A stretch of DNA of 59,931 bases, the filler included, from Sphacelaria rigidula (lineage: Eukaryota): the NCBI GenBank assembly GCA_964200075.2. It is 7 parts of 7 records of this genome, joined end to end, with 100 filler letters (N's around TTAATTAATTAA, not from the genome) between each part and the next. Parts side by side here need not be neighbours in the genome. Positions count along the whole stretch, not along the records: positions 42,882 to 51,356 come from CAXNAA020011020.1; positions 51,457 to 59,931 come from CAXNAA020011021.1; 5 more parts are not named here. One strand, given 5' to 3'. A program made the position numbers and the translations under genes. Position 1 is the stretch's first letter. Each line of letters starts with the position of its first letter. The notes under the pieces were generated by a model, which was given only the letters and a program-made list of their open reading frames with translations, searched no databases and was not told the DNA's origin. Positions 50,958 to 59,931 of the stretch are shown one piece after another.

Positions 50958-51288
50958 GTGTGCACCAGCTACTGTGTTGTCACGGGGGATGATTGGTCGC
51001 ACGCAGTATCTGTTGTTATATCTGCATTTCCTCATTATTAATGGACTGGTTCCCCGTCTGTGCGGCGATGGTGGTGTTTTTAGTAGGTCCGGCGAGACAA
51101 CATGCAGGCACCAACGACCCTACAGTGTCACGGCAACGCGCTGTTCGTGCTGTGGCGTGATTCCTGCTTTCTACCAGGCGAATCACCGCCCTTTCTTGTT
51201 TTCGACTGGCCACAGGCAGTGCTTTTACAGTTGGGCAGGCCCTTCCTGCCGTGATTTTTTACATATTTCTGTATGATGGTGCTACAAA

Positions 51289-51356
51289 CAGCCAATCATC
51301 TATGTTGAGGATGGTGCTTTTGATTGAGGATGAGAATCCGGAGGATTAAAATCTTC
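51289..51356 (+). mobile_element. Terminus of the fold-back MITE family (contig end)
   Basis: CAGCCAATCATCTATGTTGAGGATGGTGCTTTTGATTGAGGATGAGAATCCGGAGGATTAAAATC matches 20432-20496. Confidence 0.8.
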
Positions 51357-53856
51357 NNNNNNNNNNNNNNNNNNNNNNNNNNNNNNNNNNNNNNNNNNNN
51401 TTAATTAATTAANNNNNNNNNNNNNNNNNNNNNNNNNNNNNNNNNNNNNNNNNNNNTTCTTCGTAGTTCGCGTGTAATGCAGCTTGAGCCGCCACTCTCC
51501 TCTACGCTTGTCGTGGACAAACTTAGTAACCGTGGTCTTCACCCACCGCATAGCGCCTGGCATACGCGAGGTCAGCAGCGAGCTCTTGCAGGGGAGACAC
51601 TGCTGTGCTGCTGATGCTGCCGTTCGTGACTGTCACTTTCTACAATTGCGCCGCATTTTTTTCAGGAATTTCACGAAAATGACCGTTTCATGCCTCAATC
51701 GCGCCGCGCTATGACGCGCTGTGATTGGCCGATGACTCTTCAGGTGCAGAACGTGCTCTATGCAGGATTTGGAGAGCTGTAGCTTCTAGGTGTGACTTCC
51801 CCCATTTCAGCGGTGGTTTCGGATTGACCTACAACGTAGCAGAAGCAGAGTTATGGCCGTCTGACGGATTGACAGCGTCTTGGCCGGCCCAGCCTGTACA
51901 TGTATCATTTCACATTTTTCACGACTTCTGCCGACTTTTGTCCGGCGGCAAGGCGTTTTTTCCCACGCTTTCTTTTGCAGCGCACTGAGAAGGCTCAGCA
52001 CTACATTACCGTTCAGGTTTGGGCTTCATGTGATACCTGTTGCGCGTACTCTGGCCACCGAAAGTCGCTCAAACTGACCCTTTTTCGCGAGGTGTAGATT
52101 TCGGACCGCAAAAGCCTTTCCGAAACCGTAGAAAAATTGACAAAATACATTTTCGACTTGCGCCACCCCCGGGAGGCCCGTACCAACCTCCCGGAGTGGA
52201 ACCTTGTATAACATATATATTTCTGGGATTATTGTGCTGACCGCGGGACTTTCCTATAAAATGCCCAGCGCTGTATGATACGTTCGGGTCTGGAGTAGCC
52301 AACGCAACAATCAGTACTCAAATCGCGCATGTAGCCGTCGACAACGGGCCGGAAAAGGTCGAGCCCTCGATGGACTGTCCCCAGCAGGGCCCCGCTCCCG
52401 ATAAATACGAATGGAAGAAAACCACAGACAGGGGGCTAGGGGAGAAACATCGGACTAGAGGTCTGAGTAGAAGTAACTTTGTTCCGGTGCGTGCGTGTCG
52501 ATTTGTAGTGCACTCTCACATATCATGTTGAGAAAACCGCCGCCGTTTGTGTACCTAGCTGCGCAGGCAACCCCAAGGTAAAAATCACGGCTTGTACTGA
52601 AACAGTATCATGATCATGACTGGGGTATGCTCTTCTCTTGGTCTGTGGTGTTTGATTATATCGGTACCGCCATGTGCGCCGTACTTTCTCTACAGCCTCC
52701 GTCCGTTGCGATTTGAGCTTGTACCTCGGGAATGCACGGACAAGTGTCACTCAGAGTCGGTAATTTATGTTGCATCGGAATTCTTTTCACATGAAAAATG
52801 AATGCAATTTCCAAATAACCCGACGTCGGGGTCGAAGGCTTCAATTTTGTAGCGCCGGTTGCAGGAAAATATTTCCCTCTCCAGATATTTTGATTGGAAG
52901 AGAGAATGTAAGATACAGATGGCCCACCCTGGCGATCAAGAGTAACTTTTTTAACAGCTAGCGGGAGGAAGAGGTGACGCTCTGCAAAGGAGTAATCCGA
53001 TACTTGGTGATACCCATAGACGAAGGGAAGGAACGCAGGGGGGTGGGGGGCGAGAGAAGACAGCGGTATACTGAACTGTTTTGCGCTGTATCGCATTTTG
53101 CTGTGCTGTGCGTTGTACTTCGCGGCTTTGTCTATCTATAGTGTACAGACAACAACCACATTCAGGGTGTGGGTCATTTGTGTTGCATGGGCAAGGCAGA
53201 GATGGCCCACCGTGGCGATCGAAGGGTCAAATATTACAACTACCTCGCAGCAAGAGGTGACGCCCTGGAAAGTTTCGGTGTAATCTATCTGATCGTTGAT
53301 GATTTCCATAGACAAATGGAACGAACGCAGCTGGGGAGAGAGAGAAGACAACACCGTACTGTACTATACAGCATCGTATATCTGAACTGTGTACTTCAGA
53401 TCGGCTTCGTCTCGACCTATGCAGTCATCCCTATGGTGGGTAATCTGTGTTGCATTGGCAGAGTTTTGACGTCAAAATGAGGAATGAACTGACAGTTCGG
53501 TCGATGCAATGCAGCAGGTAGGTGTGCGTGTCATGGGTGCAGAAGGCCTTCTGCGCTTCCTTTCCGATCGATGAGAAAGACCAATCACATATCATTGGCT
53601 GGCGCGATTTTCCATCAGGAAGATCCGGGACACGTTTTGAAGAAATTTCCTGCATATTTGGGGGCCGGATTAGCATAGCTGACTGTAACTGGAATTTTGA
53701 GCGGCATGCATCTTATACTGCTACGGAGAATCTACGCACATGTACGGGTGTATGGGGTGCACGAATGTAGCTGATGTTTACGTCGTATGTGCATCTTAAT
53801 GTGTAAAGTAATTGAAACCTCCCGGCGACGCTTTCCACCATCGACATCTGACGCAG

Positions 53857-54238
53857 GAGAGATATGACGAAGTGGTGCCTCTATTGGAAAGGGCCTTGTT
53901 GATAAGGAAGAAGATGCTGGGGGAGCATGATAGGCGCACAGTGGAAAGCTTGTCGGCACTTGGCATTGTGCACCAAGAGGTTCGTATGTATTGCGTTGCA
54001 CCCGCCTCCCAATATACGATGGGAAGCCAGGGTGTCGGCTTTGGTTTACTAGACCAAGTATGTAGTCCTCTCTGTAGCGTGGTGCGTATATTTGTAGTAG
54101 GTGCAGTGCTTTCTTCTGGTCATGACTGACGGGTTTACTTCATTTTCGGCCCGACCTCGTTCGTCCCGCTCGTTACAGATGGCGGAACGAGAATCTCCGA
54201 TATCGTGGTGGCGAAATAGGGTCTGCATTGTGTCGTAG
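53857..54238 (+). CDS. 3' end of a TPR-repeat protein (KLC/NB-ARC-TPR type): single-repeat exon plus probable terminal exon
   Basis: Exon 53857-53979 (CAG|...|GTTCGT, phase 0-0) encodes ERYDEVVPLLERALLIRKKMLGEHDRRTVESLSALGIVHQE, the classic Y.EA.PL.ERAL.I....LG..H KLC-type TPR. A probable last exon at 54179-54238 follows a CTGAC branch site and ends in TAG (lower confidence). Confidence 0.8.
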
Positions 54239-54786
54239 GTATATAGCTATTATCTCACCTGCGGACACAAGGCGGATCTGGTCGGGCGAAACAGCGCCGA
54301 GTAGCTCCTTATCGCTCGGTTGTGTTGGAGTGGTGTTCCGTGTATTCATGCTTGAGTCATATGCGGATGTTGGGAGCCTAAACCATGGAAATAGTTAGAA
54401 CTCGAAGGGGTGTATTTTGCTATCTTCGATATCGAATGATATTGTTTGCTATATATGGCTATTCTTCTGCACACCCGCTAGTTATAGCTCCTGGAAGCAT
54501 CTACCGTCTTCTGCGGCATGCGAGAATCGAAATTGTGCCTTGAGACAACATACGACAGGAGGAACACCGAACCAGCCGCAGATCCTATTAATGAAATACG
54601 ATCATGTTTCGGTCATCTGCATACCGATCTCCGCTCACAGTGCGAATCTCGCTCCACTCGATTAATTCCTGTGTAGGCACGATGCTTTCATGAGCTATAC
54701 TAAATCGTTTGAGCAACCGTTGTCTCCTTCGGCGTGCATAATTGTTTCGCTTCCAGACGACTGGACGAACGCCGAACCTGCCGCAG

Positions 54787-55059
54787 AGCATTGCTACGGT
54801 AGGGGTTGCACATTTGTTTCTGGGTCTCTTTGTTGTAGGAGCTCAAATATGTGGGGCTTACTGGGCAACCCGAATCTCCGGCCACCGGACTCCCAGGAAC
54901 ATGGTGTTTGCACGAAGAGGCCTTGTCGTGAATCTGGACCATTTTCAGTCTTTTTTCGAGTACAAATGATGCCGATTCTCAAAATGACCCGTCCAACACC
55001 CCGAGCAGCCCCGAGGAACGTTTTCGCTACAAAGTGCAGCTCCTACCGTAGCATTGCCC
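54787..55059. mobile_element. MITE with GAGCA(A/T)TGCTACGGTAGGGG TIRs (PIF/Harbinger-like ends)
   Basis: GAGCATTGCTACGGTAGGGGTTGCAC ... GTGCAGCTCCTACCGTAGCATTGCCC. The same end occurs at 56096-56125 (+) and 23495-23527 (-). Confidence 0.7.
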
Positions 55060-55147
55060 CTACGTATCGCTCGTGAGTGCACATTTCGGCTTTACTGGTG
55101 CGTCGGTGCGTTACACTCTTCGAGGTGAATTCGCCACAATTGTTTGT

Positions 55148-55368
55148 ATCGGAGTACCTAAATTCACCGAAGTTCTTTCTTCCTCTAGGACCCAAAAATT
55201 TTGGTTATCGAAATCCAAATTTCTGGGGCGTGTAGCAGTTATCAAAAGCTGCCAGGAGGTGAAGGAATGAAACCATACTTCGACGATTTGGTGTGGAAAC
55301 GAAGATTGAAATCCTCCGGGTTTCCATCCTCAATGAAAAGCTCCATCCTCAATTTCGATGATCGGCTG
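55148..55368 (+). mobile_element. Right half of the fold-back MITE family
   Basis: Runs from the palindrome centre (ATCGGAGTACCTAAATT) to GAAAAGCTCCATCCTCAATTTCGATGATCGGCTG, matching 20656-20872. Confidence 0.85.
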
Positions 55369-57925
55369 TTCATATGGTCGTTTCAGGAATTAGTCGATGT
55401 GATCAATTCTTTGTTCGAAATTATTCCATTCTTAACTGGTGATCAGACGTCGGTACCTTGTCCTTCTTCAGCAGTGCAGCCGTTACTACTGGTCCCTGTC
55501 TTGCGTTTCTGATCGAAAATTGTGGGAGGGAGGACACACCCGCAATTTATAGAGAAATAGCCTCTAGCCATTGAACAAATCATAATAAGATGTATAACCC
55601 ACCGTTAAATGTCTGGCGTTTCGTGTTTCTCGCCTATTAGTTCGTGTTGGTGTCCATGTTTTACATGTGTAGCTTTTACCCGATCCTTATTACTGTCATC
55701 AATATTGGGGAACACGGGATGTGCATGGGTGAAGAAACTCCCGGCTGATTGTGATGACAGGATATCTCACCTGCAATCGTGACGTTTGTCCCACGTATTT
55801 TACAGGTCGTTTTCTCCGCCAGACCCCGCGTTTGCGAAAAACAACTAGGCGTCCGTACTGTGAAACCTCTACGGTGTCTCATTTTCCTCGACAGAACGAC
55901 CATGCTCTCGCACGGTGCGCGTGGTGAAGACTGGCAGGGGATATGCGGAGTGCCAACACGAACAATTCGACAGCTGCGCGCGAGAGGAGAACCACATCGT
56001 GCTGGCGTACGTTGGTTCAACAATTTCTATGGTAGCCGCCCCCAAAAACCAGCCCCACACTTACATGAAGCAAATGGTCATACAGCGCCTCATGTGAGCA
56101 ATGCTACGGTAGGGGTGCACTTTTTTCTCGAAATTATGTCTAGTTCAGGGGCTCCTAACGATTCAAGATGCACAAAAATATGGGTCAGGACATCCCCGTT
56201 TGCAAATTTATCCGGGATATCCCCAGCACATTGGAGTAGTAATCCTGGCATACTTGGACATATTTTCATAGGTCGCATTTTGCATGAGACAAAGGGCTCC
56301 TAACAATTCTCTCAGGGGCACCTCAGAGGTATCCGTGTGGAAAATAAAAAAATGGCGGTGGTGGTGGTGGTGATCCCTTGTCATTCCACAAGCCAAATCA
56401 AGTGTCCTTCACGCTAGAAACCACCTCATTGCGCATCTATAGGTAGTACAAGGATCAGCACGAAGTTTCAGGTCATTTCGTCGTCCCTGGGTTGAGTTTG
56501 ACCCATGGCTGCTAATGCGGCTGTGCCCGGCGCTGCACCGACGGTTGGTTGGAGAGATGTAACATACGCGCACAAAAACTTTACTTTGGAATTGTAGATC
56601 TCTGTCAATACGAAAGCAAAATAAACGTATGTCATATCAAATTAAAGATCTCTTTCATCACAAATACATCTACACGCGTGTTTTTGTCACTGCTTCCTGT
56701 GCGTCCAGAAATTGTGGCCTATCGTCCCAGGGGTTACGCTACATGCATTTCGTATACTCCCTCGAACCTCTTTTTCGAACTCCCAGGAAACTTCCGAATC
56801 TGTATTTATCCAACAAAACAAACGGTGTTTTGATACACATCGGTCTACCCCTTGCACTGGACTCAACGCACACCCGCAGCCGTGCTGAGTATGCCACATA
56901 TCGCACGAGTACTTCTCTTTCTTATTGCTGTCTCAACGATGGCGCAAAATTCAAATGGAAATAACCGCGAAATACCCCGATCACGCGGCACTGTTACGGA
57001 TCGCGGCGTGGCGTGGTGGATGGAGATAGTACGATGATGGGCCGTCGGTTTCAAAATGACATTACGCCCGGAGGGCTGATTCCGGGAACTGGCTAGTGCC
57101 GCAATCAGGGGTGAAGGAGGCAATCCGTCAAGGGACAGAATGCATAAACATGCCTCTTTACATCTGGTTGGATCCGGTTCTTTACAGGAATCGATCCAGC
57201 TGACACCCTGGGATTCACTCTCTGTTGAGTGCTGAGGTAAATCCCACCAAGAAAGGAAAATAAATCAGATCAACCTGAAGCGAGATCGAGATTATCGTGA
57301 CGTTCGTCGTGTGCCATTCTACGCTGGACTTTCCCACGTACTGTGAGCTTACTACTATTTCAGCAATAACGGTGAGACTGTAACGAGGATAGATTCAGAC
57401 AACGAGCAGATGCAAGAAGATCGACATGATAGTTAAACGAGCTTTGTGCACAAATGGAATGGTAAAATGTGTAATCATAGAGTAAAAGTAAGTCATATTT
57501 GCATGAGTGGATGAGACATCGTAACTTGCATGACCGAAATGCTATTGTTTGCTCTAGTATTCGACTTGCTCAATCGAGACACGCCCTACGACAACACAAC
57601 TGGCCAACACTATTCTGTTTGTATCAGCACTCCGTCTGGCTGTCCTCGCCGGGAGCAGAGATCGCTCTTCGCCACCACTCCGGTTGCCTCCACTGGTGGA
57701 CCAGAACTCATCGCCCTCGGGGTCCTCGTCGTCTTGACTCCCGGCACCCGTGGGCGGTCGGTCATTTACGTCTACACCTCTTACCCGAGAGAGTTTTCGT
57801 GCGGAGCGTATGTCTCTCATGGGTCGGTAGCAAGATTCTTTGCCCAGTACTGGTCAACGGCAGCAACAGCGCCAACAAGGCGCCAGGGATTGCAGAAACG
57901 ATAACCTTCGCACAAGGCGACAAGC

Positions 57926-58598
57926 GATGAGGTGTGTTGTCCGATTTTAAACGTAGATTCACGATATAGTACACAGCCGTACTACAGTACACTGAGCAGT
58001 ACATGCGGTAGATATATAGATTTGCATACCACTCCGTGCAAGGTTTTGACGGATACTGCCGTATCAGAGAGCTTCGATGAGGTGTGTTTTCTAATTACCA
58101 TGTTGTGCTACACAGTCGTACTGTAGTACAGCAGTACATACCAATAGCCTACAACTTTACATGCTGCAACGTTCATGCTCCGCTGTTCATCTATTCCCCC
58201 CTTCAACAGCGATGCCGACCGCGACAGAAACAACAGTGCGCGCAGAGAGCAGAGAGCTTCGATGATGTGTGTTTTTGCTTCAACTTTAAACGTAGACTCA
58301 TGCTATGCGTACAGCAGTACCTACTCTGTTATTTTGTACCCGAGCTACAGTGTACTTTGAAACATATGATGATGGCTAAACAGCACTTGTTTCCTTTTTC
58401 CCATAAGAAGCTGCAACGTTGATGCTCATGGCCGGATACTGCTGTATCAGAGAGCTTCGATGAGGTATGTTCTCCAATTACCATGATGTGCTACACAGTC
58501 GTACTGCAGTACAGCAGTACAGCAGTACATACCAATAGTCTACAACTTTCGAAATTTCCCCTCACATGCTGCAACGTTCATGCTCCGCTGTTCATCTG
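57926..58598 (+). repeat. Local tandem duplication (~380-bp period) built from GAGCTTCGATGA(G/T)GTGTG-headed subunits
   Basis: 58051-58191 is near-identical to 58434-58598, and 57926-57965 resembles 58261-58300. Confidence 0.8.
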
Positions 58599-59931
58599 TC
58601 ATGGTACGACACTCACCACCTGGGTAAGAAGGTGCCAGTTTAGTGGGCACCTGGGCTAGCGGGCTCAAACACAATAATGAGTATCGAAGCCATCGAGCTC
58701 GACTTTACCGACTGCAGAGCCAGTCATGTTCGCAGCGTCGGGCTGTAGACCCGAGGAGCCGCTCGGACGCCAGAACAACAAATCTTGCATAGAGGTCATG
58801 CTTACATCGTAAAAAGACCAGATATCCCTCTGAACTACCAGTCCGTGATGGCGTAGATGCTCTTGTGTTATTGGCGTACAGGCTAACTTGTGCTTTGCTA
58901 GTTCAGATGCATAGTCCAAAACGCTGTGACACGTGAGGGCAGCCGGCTCGATCCAACCATAATGGAGTATGACCCATCAGGTACCAAGCATGACAAAGTA
59001 TGACACATGGGAACCTAATCGACTGGACAATGACCAATAAATCTGTAACATCCCCTCAACCATATTTATATGGCTAAACAAGAGAATATTGGAAGGCTGG
59101 AAAGGTCAGAACTAAAACAAAGCCTGTGCATTATACGCCTGAAAGTAAAACAAGAAAAACCTGCTGAATTACAGTACAGGGGAAAACTCGTTGCAGATCC
59201 AATGAATGGGTAAACCCTGATAAGCAGGGGAAAACTCTATCCGTTAGGAAAGGAAAAAAATCTATAGCGCCCTTTCCAACGATAGAAACAGCAGACACGT
59301 ACGGTCGCTGTCGTTTTCCCGGGATCTCAGTTAGACTGGAGAACGATCGGCTAGTTAGCTTGATTGCGCGTCGACACCCTGGATCAGTTACACTGGATTC
59401 TGGGGTAGTGCAGGGCTTGAACCTCGCTAGAAACAACCTTTCCACGAACTGATCAATAGTTACAGGAGTGCAGCTTTTGAGGGGTGCTCTTCTGCAACCA
59501 CTGACGCCTATTCTACTGGAACTAGAGCCTACGCCCCTTGGCTCATACATGTGCTCGTATGTTACCAAATGGGGAGCAATCGATAACAAAGCGACAAAAG
59601 AAAAAGACAAGAACACTCGAAATTCATGACTGAAGCGTACGGTAGCAGCAATATAAAGTTACTCATTCCCTTGTTTCATCACCCATTCCTCTCGCAATAA
59701 TATCATATACCACATCACACAACAGCTATCCGTAAACGTCCTTGGCTACCGTCTCTCTTTGGTTCCTCCGTTCCAGCTTGGGGCGCTCGAGTTCCCGGCG
59801 AGATGGCTCTTTCCAGTCTCCATCTTCGTATCGTACTCGCCGAAAGAAATTCCCAAAATCATACACGTAACAACAAATTGTGAGAATTGAGGTTTAACTT
59901 CGAGATGAGGCTCAAGCCTAAAACAGTGCTT

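Noticed and set aside
1..59931. A functional cluster of Hsp70 + HslU + NDC80 + TPR genes, and the regular 8576-nt periodicity
   Set aside because: The genes are on different size-sorted contigs joined by artificial spacers, so adjacency and periodicity are artefacts of concatenation.

Overview
Eukaryotic nuclear DNA, most likely a stramenopile and probably a brown alga. This is inferred from the intron-rich genes, intron-split HslU, single-repeat TPR exons and the Copia/LINE/MITE content. The window is not one locus. It is seven unrelated contigs of 8477, 8476, 8476, 8476, 8476, 8475 and 8475 nt, sorted by length and joined by 100-nt spacers (44 N + TTAATTAATTAA + 44 N). Recoverable genes, all partial: a TPR-repeat protein (contig 1), an HSPA12-type atypical Hsp70 with 11 exons through the stop codon (contig 2), kinetochore NDC80 with 7 exons on the minus strand (contig 4), the last 4 exons of HslU including a GC-AG intron (contig 5), and the 3' end of a second TPR protein (contig 7). 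The rest is mainly mobile DNA: two decayed Ty1/Copia elements, non-autonomous hAT elements with perfect 8-bp TSDs and 41-bp subterminal arrays, Tc1/mariner-type MITEs, a fold-back MITE family, a tRNA-derived SINE, LINE 3' ends with (CAA)n tails, and a clustered TG...CA MITE family carrying internal telomere-like CCCTAA repeats. There is no CRISPR array and no intact novel multi-gene system. The best leads are the telomere-repeat MITE, the single-repeat TPR exon, unusual splice donors, and a decayed intronless ORF of unknown family.
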